Shown here piece by piece: positions 41,071 through 50,824 of a DNA stretch of 64,000 bases. The stretch lies in the NCBI GenBank assembly GCA_965203805.1, contig OZ241917.1, positions 640,001 to 704,000 on the forward strand, in the 5' to 3' direction. Each line of letters opens with the position of its first letter. The stretch's first letter is position 1. The position numbers were made by a program, and so were the translations under genes. The stretch is from Candidatus Latescibacterota bacterium (GTDB lineage Bacteria; Latescibacterota; UBA2968; GCA-2709665). The notes under the pieces are model-generated. The model saw nothing but the letters and a program-made list of their open reading frames with translations, was not told the DNA's origin and did no database searches.

Positions 41071-41222
41071 TCAGTATTCCGCTGTTCGCGGCCTTTTGGC
41101 GTGGACGGCCGTGCGAACGGATGGATCGGATGACTCGGTCCGAGGCGCTCCCAAGACCCATGCCGGACCGATTGACCGTCGTGGTCTCAATTTCGTACGG
41201 TGGAAACTGGCGGATTACGCCT

Positions 41223-43625
41223 TCAGGGCGACGACACGTCGAGACTTACATCCCTGAACGTCAGCCTCGTGCCGGAAACGGCCGCGTGAGAGAGGTAAGC
41301 GCCGTCCGAGCCGGTCCTGATGACAGCGCAAATCGCATCCGTGCCAACGTCGCCCGCGCCGAACGTGCGGTAGGACCCGTCGGAAATGATGATGTGGTCC
41401 ACAACGCCACCGTGTTCCACGATCAGGTACGCGGTTCCCCCCGGCCCCTCGTTCTCGCCGCGGCGAACGCCCACTTTGGGCAGCGGCATTTGCCGGAAGG
41501 GATAGAGGACCACCACGAGGCCGTCCACATGGCCGTCGCCGGAGGTCGTCACGTCGAGTGCGGCCCACCGGATGGGCCGCCGGGCGGGGCGCTGGTTCGG
41601 AATGCCGCCCAGATGCGCCATTCCGGTGCCAAGTCGAATGGCAGGGGCATCGGGCGTGGCCACGTACAGACCGGGCGCTCCGGTCGAATACACGGCGGTT
41701 CCGCCTCGCTGCAGCGAGGTGGGGGAGTGCAGCACGAAAGATGCCTTTCGACGTTGGGGGTCTGAGGAGAACGCATCGAATATCAGGAAGTACGGATCCG
41801 CCTCCCGCGCGGGCGCCCCGGGTTTCACGAACAGGAAATGCCGTCGATGGCGGACACCCAGTGATCGGTAACCCTGGTGTTCAGCGGCAAAGTAGTCGAT
41901 ACCTTCCTGGTGGCTCCAGACGGGTTTCTCGCCGACGGCAATCCTGCGATCCAGGTTCGCGTCGTCAATCACGAGCATATTGTGCGCCATGGACGTCTTG
42001 TACCAGGGGCGGTGGAGCGGGTCGTCGTAGCTGACACCGATCCCGGCGTCGACGGCCAGCGCGCTGCCGTACGCGAAGAGTTCGAAACTGAGGACGTCCG
42101 GATGGGAATGGCCGCCGCCATACTCCCCGTAGTTGATGACCAGATAAGGACTCTCCGGCGTCCAATCCTTGCGCATCACGGCGAAGCCCGACGGCCTGAA
42201 ATCCATCGACGTTTCGGCGGGCGGCTCGACGGGGTCGTCGATGTCGGCGCCGAGAAGATTCCTGGCCACCCACAGCATGTCAGGCCGATCGAAGGCGCGT
42301 CCGCCATCGATAAGGATGTTCCGGTCGAACCGGCCCCTGCCGCCGTCGTTGACGGCAGGCTGAGTGCCGAGGGGGCTGATCAGGTACATCCAGTGGTTCA
42401 GCGTGCGTTCCAGCGGCGGACGCAGGGCGGCCGCGCGGTCTTCATGGCCGCCGAACTGCTCAAGGAGGTAGGCCAGGTTTCGCGGGTCTCGGTAGACGAT
42501 TGTGGAATAGCTGGACGGGCAACGCTCGGAATGGCAACCGTCTTCATAGAAGTCTTTCTGAAGGTGCTCTTCGATCCGGTACACGCCCTGCGAGGTCCAC
42601 CGTTGCGACTCCCTGAACTCCGGCAGGTTGAGGCCCAGCTCCGCCAGGGCGTACGAGCCCATTACCTGCCAGTTGCCCGAACGATACCCCTGCTTTTCCA
42701 GTTCGTACAGCCAGCGTGCGGACCCGAGGAAGTTTTTCAGAATCCGCTCGTGAGTCCGTACCGAAAGCCGTCCGCGGTTAAGGCGGTAGAATTCCAGGAA
42801 TACGCGGTTCCGCCGTGACCCGAGGCCGAGTTCATACCAGATGGGGTCCAGGTGCGTGTATGCGCCCTCAACGTCGTCCCGCTGCTCGTACCACTGATTG
42901 AAGAGTTTGTCGAAGGCATCCAGGTACTTCGTGTCCCGCGTGCCCAAGTACGCCCACAGGAGCGGACCCGACCAACCCCAATAGTGAAATCCGTATTTTC
43001 CGCTTCTGCCGTAATCCGCGTTGAAATCCACGACAGGGCCATGCTGGATCGTGACGCCGCCCCAACCCGTGATGTTGTGCGCGGCCACGCGGTCCGCCGC
43101 CGCCGTATAGTTTCTCGTGCTGAAGTACTGGAACGCCTCTTCAATCGTGTAGTAAGGGACGCCGATGTTGATATAGGCGAACCCGGGTCGGGTGTCCCAA
43201 TAGGTTCCCCAAGCCTTGTAGGCGGCGGCGTAGTCCCCCCGGTCGACGGCGCGTCTCACGTCCTCGAGTCCGGCGCGCGTCAGATCCATCGCGGCGAAGA
43301 GATCGGGATCGCTGATGTGCTTGATCTGCTGATCAAGATAGACCGGATCTTCGCGGAGATCGGCTCTGGCCGCACCAAAGGCCTCTGCAAAGAGAATGAA
43401 GTCACGGAAGCCGACCTGCCCGTCGAGGTTCAAATCGAAACGGTCGTCGAAGGTGTCGTCGGACCGGGACGTACCATAATTCCGGGCAAAGGCGACGAAA
43501 TCCGCGAAGCCCACGAGACCGTCGCCGTCGAAGTCTCCGGACAAACCGGGCCAGGCGGTGGAGAACACCAGTGCGACGACAAGAAATGGTACAAAACACT
43601 TCTTGATCAGGTTTCCAGGGATCAT
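41223..43625 (-). CDS. Heparinase II/III-like polysaccharide lyase with N-terminal dockerin/EF-hand-like domain (paralog A)
   Basis: Signal peptide; GDFDGDGLVGFADF...FDLNLDGQVGFRDF; GNWQVM, DGCHSE, GGHSHPD, AHNML. Confidence 0.85.
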   Translation of the reverse strand: MIPGNLIKKCFVPFLVVALVFSTAWPGLSGDFDGDGLVGFADFVAFARNYGTSRSDDTFDDRFDLNLDGQVGFRDFILFAEAFGAARADLREDPVYLDQQIKHISDPDLFAAMDLTRAGLEDVRRAVDRGDYAAAYKAWGTYWDTRPGFAYINIGVPYYTIEEAFQYFSTRNYTAAADRVAAHNITGWGGVTIQHGPVVDFNADYGRSGKYGFHYWGWSGPLLWAYLGTRDTKYLDAFDKLFNQWYEQRDDVEGAYTHLDPIWYELGLGSRRNRVFLEFYRLNRGRLSVRTHERILKNFLGSARWLYELEKQGYRSGNWQVMGSYALAELGLNLPEFRESQRWTSQGVYRIEEHLQKDFYEDGCHSERCPSSYSTIVYRDPRNLAYLLEQFGGHEDRAAALRPPLERTLNHWMYLISPLGTQPAVNDGGRGRFDRNILIDGGRAFDRPDMLWVARNLLGADIDDPVEPPAETSMDFRPSGFAVMRKDWTPESPYLVINYGEYGGGHSHPDVLSFELFAYGSALAVDAGIGVSYDDPLHRPWYKTSMAHNMLVIDDANLDRRIAVGEKPVWSHQEGIDYFAAEHQGYRSLGVRHRRHFLFVKPGAPAREADPYFLIFDAFSSDPQRRKASFVLHSPTSLQRGGTAVYSTGAPGLYVATPDAPAIRLGTGMAHLGGIPNQRPARRPIRWAALDVTTSGDGHVDGLVVVLYPFRQMPLPKVGVRRGENEGPGGTAYLIVEHGGVVDHIIISDGSYRTFGAGDVGTDAICAVIRTGSDGAYLSHAAVSGTRLTFRDVSLDVSSP

Positions 43626-43919
43626 CGCGTACTCGATATGATTGGCTGTCCGGTTCAAAACCACGGAGGCAGTCGTCGCAAGGTAGGGAAAGTGCGATGT
43701 GCTCATGCAAAGCGACCCGCAAAATCGAATTAAGGTTTGCCAGCGAGACATTCTCCAGACGCAGTCGGTTTGCAAAGCGCTCCAAGACTTAGCTCGATAC
43801 GAGAAATCGCTGGCGTATCGCTGTTAAGGGTTGATTGGACGATAATTAGCGTCTATGACCGCGGAGTTCAGTCCCACCAGTCGTGCAGGGATATTGGTGC
43901 AATAGTACCCGATTATTTC

Positions 43920-45212
43920 TCAATTATCCTCCTCTGCCTGATGGTTGTGGTATGAACACAATGACCCAGAGCCCCACCCACCAGTCTCGACACCAGAGGA
44001 CTCAATGGCAGCTTCGATTCGCTCGTGGGCGTCGTCAATTTCGGCCTCTGAGACGTCATAGTGTTGCACTGCGTTCTCTGCGAATGAGTAAGAGTCAACT
44101 ATGGTGTCACCACATATTGCGCAATAATTCACTGCGCCAAGGGCGAATGCCCATTCTTCAATGTGGTTGATGCCAGATGAGGACTCTATCCGCTCGATGA
44201 GATCTTCAATTCCGGACGGAAGTGACGAAAGCATTTCTCGCTTAGCGAATTGCTCAATCTTCTCAAGCGAGCGATGCGCCTCCTTTCTTACCCACATGAT
44301 TGCCTTTTCATCGCCTCTTGCGACGGCGTAAAGTGATGCTAGAAACACATCCTCGTTATCAATGCCAATTCCCAATACAGATCCATGGGCTTCTTCCGCT
44401 CTTTCACGAAAACTCTGACGATCAAGAACATCCCGAAGCTTCTCAAGCGTGGTAATATTGAGGTTCCTGCAGAGATTGAGAGCCATCCTAACCGTGTAGT
44501 CCGATGGGCTTCTTCCAAAGACCTCCCGGAATACAAACGCCAATCCTTGTAGCGAAACACGTCCCAAGTCCCGCGTGGTTTCGCTGTACCCGGTTTTCCG
44601 TTTCACCCGAATACGGATGGCGCTAGCAATCTTATCGGCAGCAGCCAATAACTCAGCAAGGTCGGTGACACGTGCACGTAGGTCTTCGGGTAGATTCGGC
44701 TGTTTATAGATGTCATTGTGAGAGAGGTGTGCCCAAGCGTGCTGCAGACACGATTGAATTTGTACTTCACACGGTACGAATGTACGAATGTGCGTGCCAA
44801 GGGCTAACCGAAAGTTCACGTGAAGTGCCCTATAGCCCGTGGCTTGGGGCTCCGTGACGTAATCTTGGACACTATAACCAACACCTTGAAATAGGTCCAT
44901 AGGAATACACTCCTTAAGCAGTTCCGAGAAACGGTAGACGTCTTCTATATTGTTGCAGACTACTCTGCCGCCTATGATGTCACCGCAGCACGTGAGCGCT
45001 TGATCCGAGTCCCATCCCATTTTCACAGCTTTCTGCTTTAGGCTAGCGAGTTCTTTTATTCGGATTGGGCGAACTTCCGCACGGACGAGGGTCTTGTCTT
45101 CAATCATTTTGACAGCCGACTCAAGAATATTCTGCATGCGCTTTGCCGCGGAACTAAAGAGTCGAGCCCTTGCCGTATATTTTTCGTGCAGATCGTGCAG
45201 GCACTTTGACAT
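43920..45212 (-). CDS. RelA/SpoT synthetase-domain protein with C-terminal extension (start 45212 or 45305)
   Basis: RIKELASL..K, DIIGGRVVC, GYRALH, EVQIQSCLQHAWA..SH..YK; no hydrolase/TGS/ACT domains seen. Confidence 0.85.
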   Translation of the reverse strand: MSKCLHDLHEKYTARARLFSSAAKRMQNILESAVKMIEDKTLVRAEVRPIRIKELASLKQKAVKMGWDSDQALTCCGDIIGGRVVCNNIEDVYRFSELLKECIPMDLFQGVGYSVQDYVTEPQATGYRALHVNFRLALGTHIRTFVPCEVQIQSCLQHAWAHLSHNDIYKQPNLPEDLRARVTDLAELLAAADKIASAIRIRVKRKTGYSETTRDLGRVSLQGLAFVFREVFGRSPSDYTVRMALNLCRNLNITTLEKLRDVLDRQSFRERAEEAHGSVLGIGIDNEDVFLASLYAVARGDEKAIMWVRKEAHRSLEKIEQFAKREMLSSLPSGIEDLIERIESSSGINHIEEWAFALGAVNYCAICGDTIVDSYSFAENAVQHYDVSEAEIDDAHERIEAAIESSGVETGGWGSGSLCSYHNHQAEEDN

Positions 45213-45420
45213 TGGCAAATCCCCGGAAATCTTGGTCGTATATAACTCAACGTTACATAACTTCCGTTTCTCAACTTCTGGTGTAAATCTGGGTATGTCC
45301 CACATCGACTCCCGTTATCGATATATCGGTCGGTCGCACCCTGAGGAGCCGATGCCTAACGAGTATCAGGCTTGTTCTATTCGGTTATCCTTGAGGTTCC
45401 TTCATACGACGCTTGTTCGG

Positions 45421-45756
45421 TTATTCAAAGACCGGCTTCGAGACGTAGGCGACCCGCTTTCGGCCAGCGTAGTACTTCGTCCAGTCCGGTACATGAACCG
45501 TCATCAATGCCTTGAACAGTTTCCCGTGATTTGGGACGCGCAGATGTAACAACTCGTGTGCAATGACGAAGTCCTGGAATCCCTGTTCCTGATCTGCCAG
45601 ATCCACCGCTAGAGTCACGATGCCCGACGTCGAACAGGAACCCCATTTCCTTGTCATTCGCTGTACGCGGACAATTCTTGGCCGGACACCCAGTTTGTGG
45701 ACCCAGCAATCCACCCGACTGCGAATGGAACGACGACTTTCCTCAATAGAGCTCAT
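45421..45756 (-). CDS. YgjP/SprT-like zinc metallopeptidase (short)
   Basis: [18 protein letters not shown]; overlaps the hsdR stop. Confidence 0.85.
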   Translation of the reverse strand: MSSIEESRRSIRSRVDCWVHKLGVRPRIVRVQRMTRKWGSCSTSGIVTLAVDLADQEQGFQDFVIAHELLHLRVPNHGKLFKALMTVHVPDWTKYYAGRKRVAYVSKPVFE

Positions 45757-48688
45757 CTGTGCCAAGTAGAATCCCAATTGCCGTTTCTACAATCCGGGTA
45801 CGTTCATCTCCATCTACTCCGAGTAGCGGACGATAGAGGGCAGCCCGAAATCTTCGTTGCTCGTCGACATTGATTGCGGCATTCGGAAAACGTTCGAGCA
45901 GGGTCTCTGCCTCACGAGCCAGGTTTTCGGCGGTTATTCCAGCAGCCGCTAGAGATTCGTCCTTCCTGAGCGTCCAGAACAACCCGAATGCACGAGTCGA
46001 AAAACCACTGTCTTTCGCGGCTCTTTCCGCCTCTTCTTTTTCTCTTGCCATCGCTGCCAGCTGCTCCATCGCCGCAAAGCTGGACGCATTCCGGTTCTGA
46101 AGATCCTCAAGGATGTGTTCGGCACGATCCTTGAGTGGTCGAAGAATCGGCGCCTTTTCAGGATCACCGTTGATTTCGTCTTGCAGGCCCCGCACCAGGT
46201 TGAACACCTTGGCCTCATCGGCGCCCGACTCATGTCGAAGCGCCTCGACGGTCGATGCATCAAAAGTTACCTCTTTAATCACATCTTCTAAACCTCCCTG
46301 GGTAACGCTGTCCTGCACCAGGCTTACGGTCTTCAGGCCGAGAGGCGCGTCATAGGTGACGTTTGTCTTATAGGCATTCACGAGTACCGTATACAATTGT
46401 GCAAGCTGCTTATAGGTACCAATGTGGTCGCGAAGTTCACGGGATGGGGACAAGATCTCCCACAACGCTTCGATCTCCTTGTAAACTTGAAAGTACGCCT
46501 TGCGCGACTCGGGATCCAGGAAACGACCGTAGACGACTTCCTCAAGCCGCTCATCCGCGCTCCCACTGTCTGGCTCACGAAGATATTCGGTTTTCGCCCA
46601 CTCGATCTTGTTTAGACAGTCCTCGATAAGGAGATCGAGATCCTCAATTACTCCGCTGACGTCGGTCGAGTCGAACCGGAGTGCTTTCTTCAGTTCCCGC
46701 AATACGCCCACGAAGTCAACGACGAGGCCAATTCCCTTGCCGACACCGATTGCGTCAACGTGTGGGCGATTGACGCGCGCGATTGCTTGCAGAAGTACAT
46801 GGTCTCGCATTGGTTTGTCGAGGTACATGCAATAGAGAAGGGACGCATCGTAGCCTGTGAGTAGCTTGTCGGTTACAATCAGGATCTTTGGATTCTCATC
46901 CGCCTTCTTGAATAAGAGGCGTACGTTCTCCTCGTGTTCCGTCGATAGCTGCAACTGTGCGACGAGCGGACGTTCTATGGCGTCGGCCGGGTTTTCGGTG
47001 TACACCGCCTCCGACCACTCGGACGGCAGGTGCTTGTCCAGTGCGCGCTTATATTTCGCGCAAGCCTCGCGGTTTACGCCCACAAGAAACGCCTTGTAAC
47101 CAAGCGGTAACACGTTTTCCTTAAAGTGCTTGGCGACGAACGCAGCAACCTTCTCGATTCTGACGTCAGCCGTGAGGAAAGTACGCAGGCCGACAGCTCG
47201 ATCAAGAACCTTGTTTAGTTCCACGACATCGGTAACGCCTTCCGACTCTGCCAATTCGAAGAATTCCTTGTCAAGTCGGTCGACCGGTACGGTCATTTCA
47301 CTCGGCGCCATCGTATGGCGGAGTGGAAGCGTGGTTTCATCTTCAATCGACTCGGCGATGGAGTACTTGTCGAGATAACCCAACTCGTCGTCGACACCGA
47401 AGATCTTGAAGGTGCCTTCGCCCTGGTCAGTCTTCGCGATCGGTGTGCCGGTGAATCCGATGATGGTTGCATTCGGAATTGCTGCCATCATGTACGTGCC
47501 GAGATCCCTGGCGACCGACCGATGGGCTTCGTCGATGAACACGTAGATGTTGTCGCGTGTGTTCGTGTTTTTGTCGATCCCCTCGAATTTGTGGATCATC
47601 GATATGATCAGGCCCCGTTTGTCGGCTTCCAGTAATTCCTGTACTTGCTTCTTCGAACTTGACCGCCAGACGGCAATGTCCTGCTTCTGCATCTCGCCCA
47701 ACAACCGATCGACCCAGCCCTTGAGCTGTCCTTCGATTTCCGTTCGGTCGACAACCGCGACCACTGTCGGTGTGCGAAACCGGTCCTTGCGTTCCAAAAT
47801 CAATCTCGCTGCGGTGAGCAGCGTAAAGGTTTTGCCCGAACCCTGGGTATGCCAGATAAGCCCGCGGCGTTTCACAGACTCGGAACAGCGCTCGACAATG
47901 CGATCGATCGCACGCCGTTGATGCTGGCGCAGCACCGATTTGCGTGTTTCACCGTCTTCTACGTAAAAAAGGATCCAATCCCGTAGCGTGCGGAGGAAAT
48001 CCGTCGGTTCAAAGAACGACTGGACTGCGAATCGGTAGCTCTCCTCTGGCCGTTCCTTCCAGCGCGCCATGAAACGCCTGTTGGCGTTCCAGGTCACGCC
48101 ATACCAGTAATCCAGGAGATGCGTCACGTTGAAGAGTTGCGCCGCGCCGATCAGTTCGGGCGTCTCCGCCTCGTAACGTTTGAGTTGGGTGATCCCGCGC
48201 TCAATAGCGTTGCTGTCTTTCGGATTCTTGTGTTCAACGATGGCAACCGGAACGCCATTGACGACGAACATCACATCTGCCCGGTTGCTCTTTCGGGCAG
48301 GCGGTTTAAGCCGCCATTCCCATGTGACGTGGCGGACGTTTTCGCCGGGTTGATCGAAGTCGATGATTTGTACGCGACGGTTCCGACGCTCAACCTCGTC
48401 GTAAAACTGACGCTCCCCGCGTAGCCAGGAAAGCATCTCGCGGTTGCCCTCAATCGTCGACGGTACCGCCTCAAACCGCTCGACCACGGAGCGAATGGCC
48501 TCGTCCGTCATCCAGGGGTTGAACCGCCGCAGTGCGCCCTCCAAGTCGTCCTTGAACAACACCCCGGTCTCGCCGCTCCGCTTGCGCAGAGCCTCCTTGG
48601 GGGAGATGGGTTTCCACCCGACCTCGGACGCGTGACGGACCATCGGGAACTGGACGGCATCTGCTTCAGTTACGTTGAACTCGGTCAT
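45743..48688 (-). CDS. hsdR: Type I restriction endonuclease subunit R
   Basis: [58 protein letters not shown]. Confidence 0.95.
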   Translation of the reverse strand: MTEFNVTEADAVQFPMVRHASEVGWKPISPKEALRKRSGETGVLFKDDLEGALRRFNPWMTDEAIRSVVERFEAVPSTIEGNREMLSWLRGERQFYDEVERRNRRVQIIDFDQPGENVRHVTWEWRLKPPARKSNRADVMFVVNGVPVAIVEHKNPKDSNAIERGITQLKRYEAETPELIGAAQLFNVTHLLDYWYGVTWNANRRFMARWKERPEESYRFAVQSFFEPTDFLRTLRDWILFYVEDGETRKSVLRQHQRRAIDRIVERCSESVKRRGLIWHTQGSGKTFTLLTAARLILERKDRFRTPTVVAVVDRTEIEGQLKGWVDRLLGEMQKQDIAVWRSSSKKQVQELLEADKRGLIISMIHKFEGIDKNTNTRDNIYVFIDEAHRSVARDLGTYMMAAIPNATIIGFTGTPIAKTDQGEGTFKIFGVDDELGYLDKYSIAESIEDETTLPLRHTMAPSEMTVPVDRLDKEFFELAESEGVTDVVELNKVLDRAVGLRTFLTADVRIEKVAAFVAKHFKENVLPLGYKAFLVGVNREACAKYKRALDKHLPSEWSEAVYTENPADAIERPLVAQLQLSTEHEENVRLLFKKADENPKILIVTDKLLTGYDASLLYCMYLDKPMRDHVLLQAIARVNRPHVDAIGVGKGIGLVVDFVGVLRELKKALRFDSTDVSGVIEDLDLLIEDCLNKIEWAKTEYLREPDSGSADERLEEVVYGRFLDPESRKAYFQVYKEIEALWEILSPSRELRDHIGTYKQLAQLYTVLVNAYKTNVTYDAPLGLKTVSLVQDSVTQGGLEDVIKEVTFDASTVEALRHESGADEAKVFNLVRGLQDEINGDPEKAPILRPLKDRAEHILEDLQNRNASSFAAMEQLAAMAREKEEAERAAKDSGFSTRAFGLFWTLRKDESLAAAGITAENLAREAETLLERFPNAAINVDEQRRFRAALYRPLLGVDGDERTRIVETAIGILLGTDELY

Positions 48689-48939
48689 AGTCGTAAGACA
48701 CCTATAAGAACAATAACGCCCGTATCGCGCCTCCATCGCGTCAGCGGTCCGCGATTCGAGGGGAAAACCAGTCCTTTGTCTCTCAACTCTTCCAGCGCCC
48801 TTCGCACTTGACGCTCACTGACTCCGGAACCCAGACGAGCGTGAATCTCACGGTGCGGGCGCGTCTCAGTCGTGGTCCTGCACTCCAGTGTCTCAGATTC
48901 GCCGGAGGCGACAATGGCTGCGATCTCATCGGGCGTCAT
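48685..48939 (-). pseudogene. Internally deleted AlbA_2/Schlafen-wHTH gene remnant
   Basis: MTPDEIAAIVASGESETLE (AlbA_2-like start) joined directly to a wHTH-like end ([19 protein letters not shown]). Confidence 0.55.
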
Positions 48940-48946
48940 GATGTAA

Positions 48947-49216
48947 CTAAACCCGCTTGAGGAGCCTGTCGTATTCGTCGTGCGAACCGATCCAGAACCA
49001 TACAATATCTCCCTGGTCCATGACCCCAACGGCACGGTAGTCGATGCTTACTCGAACTGAGTAGACAGGACGCCGCCTGCTCACCCGCTTGAAGTCCAGG
49101 CTGGGGTGATTGGGATTCGATGCAAAGAAGCGGTGGGACTCCCGGGCCTGCCGCTGCACGTGATCTGGAAGGCGTCGATAGGCTTCCCAGAAAGTGTTGT
49201 GCGTAAACGAACGCAC
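48947..49216 (-). CDS. RelE/ParE-superfamily toxin
   Basis: 89 aa basic; NPNHPSLDFKRV, YSVRVSIDYRA, WFWIGSHDEYD. Confidence 0.85.
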   Translation of the reverse strand: MRSFTHNTFWEAYRRLPDHVQRQARESHRFFASNPNHPSLDFKRVSRRRPVYSVRVSIDYRAVGVMDQGDIVWFWIGSHDEYDRLLKRV

Positions 49217-49218
49217 GC

Positions 49219-49443
49219 CTACAGCTCTTCCATAGAGAGAGGTCGAGTCCGCCCTGCATGGTGTTCCGACAAGGCCTCATCGGCCAAGCGTTCCAGTAGG
49301 TTCTCCGACTCAGGCCGGGCAAACAGTTCAATCCATTGCCGCTCTGATTCCAGTTCAGCCAAGACGAAGCGAGCGAATTTATCCTGTTCCGTCTCCGGGA
49401 GTTCGGAAGCTCTCTCAAAGGCTTGCTGAAGAAGCTTGGTCAT
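49219..49443 (-). CDS. Cognate antitoxin
   Basis: 74 aa acidic (MTKLLQQAF..LPETEQD..W...F..LADEAL) directly upstream of the toxin. Confidence 0.8.
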   Translation of the reverse strand: MTKLLQQAFERASELPETEQDKFARFVLAELESERQWIELFARPESENLLERLADEALSEHHAGRTRPLSMEEL

Positions 49444-49605
49444 TTCGTTTTCTCCCTTCTCATCGAACTCGCTTGCCGTCCAATCAAAACACCGTACAAT
49501 GTTACTCCAAACCGCATCGACACCGCAAGAAGCAGCACCCCGCCACGCGCAAACGACACGGCCTCGCGCGCCGATTCAATCAGGTGGTGTAAGCGGATTT
49601 CGTCA
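49440..49605 (-). pseudogene. HEPN/DUF86 (HepT-like) toxin remnant, interrupted by the intron and truncated
   Basis: Joining the intron flanks gives ATG ATC AAT AA|T GAC GAA = MINNDEIRLHHLIESAREAVSFARG; follows the MNT gene. Confidence 0.7.
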
Positions 49606-49670
49606 GTGCGCCGTGAAAAGGCGCGGATCTTCAGTGGGTGAAAGTCCCAACCCGACAAGGGTTGCTTCAG

Positions 49671-49700
49671 CCTGCCTGCGCCGGATGCTCGGCAGGCAGG
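49671..49700. repeat. CCTGCCTG...CAGGCAGG palindromic mini-element (30 nt)
   Basis: CCTGCCTGCGCCGGATGCTCGGCAGGCAGG inside the intron. Confidence 0.8.
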
Positions 49701-49855
49701 TCGGTAGCAATCGGAGCAGGGACGTAGGCAACGAAATCTCTGAAGCCTCCGGTGTAGAGGGTCGCAAGGCGACTCGGCGAGTATGCGGGCCGAAACGTGA
49801 GTGAACGCTGAGCAGGCCTGGAAAGAGACAGCAACGCGAGCATCCAGCGGTCCCG

Positions 49856-49882
49856 CCTGCCTGTCCGAGGGACGCAGGCAGG
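49856..49882. repeat. CCTGCCTG...CAGGCAGG palindromic mini-element (27 nt)
   Basis: CCTGCCTGTCCGAGGGACGCAGGCAGG inside the intron. Confidence 0.8.
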
Positions 49883-49928
49883 CCGGGGAAATGGCGGAGG
49901 CACGTATACAAGGAGATCCGACGCAACA

Positions 49929-49961
49929 CCTGCCTGCGCCGAGTCCTGCTCGGCAGGCAGG
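49929..49961. repeat. CCTGCCTG...CAGGCAGG palindromic mini-element (33 nt)
   Basis: CCTGCCTGCGCCGAGTCCTGCTCGGCAGGCAGG inside the intron. Confidence 0.8.
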
Positions 49962-50396
49962 CGGGAAGCCCCAGCGGTGGTGCAGGGACACCAACCGGAC
50001 GCCCGTGAGGGACAGGCCGGGCCGCATGGGGTGGCGGACAGGCTCGTAGTACCCGTGAAGCCGGGTAACGCCGGTGGAGGGAAGGGGCCTGACTTCGGAT
50101 GTGCTTGTGAAGGGGACAACGGTCGGGAGAGTGGCGCAAGCCTATAACCTCCTCCAAAAGTAGACGAGGCGACTCCAGAACAAGCTTGGGCTTCAGGTGA
50201 AGCTGTCCGGGCAGCGCGGTCAGCGTGTGTCTGAAGGCGACGTCCGTCGGAGAGCCGGATGCGGGAAAACCGCACGTCCGGTTCGACGAGCGGGATGTGG
50301 AAACGGGGCACGGAGGGGCTATTGAGGCACCGCCAGACGAAAGGGGCGGAAACGGATAGGCCACTCCTAAACTACCGCGCCACATCCCGACTCTAC

Positions 50397-50699
50397 TTAT
50401 TGATCATATTGCACTTCTTCTGTGGCCAGAACGTCTTGCCGAAAATAGGGGCTCAGATCCTCGGGTGCTCGCAGATCCACTTTGCGTCCTGTGAATAATT
50501 CGGATAATTCCAATTCCATGCCGGCAATACCTGGCAGTCCAGGAATGCGATCCGGTTCAAACTACACGAGCACATCTATGGCGCTCTCCGGTCCGAAATT
50601 CTCCCGCAGTACAGAACGAATGACAGAGAGCCGTTTGATGCCGTGCTCCTAGCAGAACAACGTCAGCGCAGTCTCTGATACAGATACCTGTAGGTTCAT
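50397..50699 (-). pseudogene. MNT nucleotidyltransferase antitoxin pseudogene (two in-frame TAG)
   Basis: Manual translation MNLQVSVSETALTLFC*EHGIKRLSVIRSVLRENFGPESAIDVLV*FEP...[20 protein letters not shown]; GS/DxD motif also degraded. Confidence 0.8.
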
Positions 50700-50824
50700 T
50701 GCTTTTGCTCTATCATTCCTCCGGCGTTTTCCTTAATGAGGCACTTTCATCATTCGGTCACCCGACGGTTCTAATCGGTCTTTTTGTGTTTATCTTCAGA
50801 CTCCTACGCTGGGGTTGGATCCCA

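Larger units (their letters stand above)
49606..50396 (+). ncRNA. ORF-less group II intron (791 nt), antisense in the HEPN gene
   Basis: 5' GTGCG; domain V GAGAGCCGGATGCGGGAAAACCGCACGTCCGGTTC (about 50250); domain VI ending CCCGACTCTAC; no RT ORF. Confidence 0.9.

Noticed and set aside
38669-43625. Diversity-generating retroelement (template/variable repeat pair)
   Set aside because: The duplication spans whole genes, differences are not adenine-specific, and no RT is present.
49440-50498. ORFs 49440..50027, 49603..50385, 49667..50311 and 50259..50498 as intron-encoded proteins
   Set aside because: No RT (YADD) or maturase motifs; they are incidental frames across structured intron RNA.
50397-50699. 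Two in-frame TAG codons in MNT as pyrrolysine or stop-codon recoding
   Set aside because: TAG terminates normal genes here (nuoD, nuoI, nuoM), the catalytic motif is also degraded and the partner toxin is destroyed, so this is a pseudogene.
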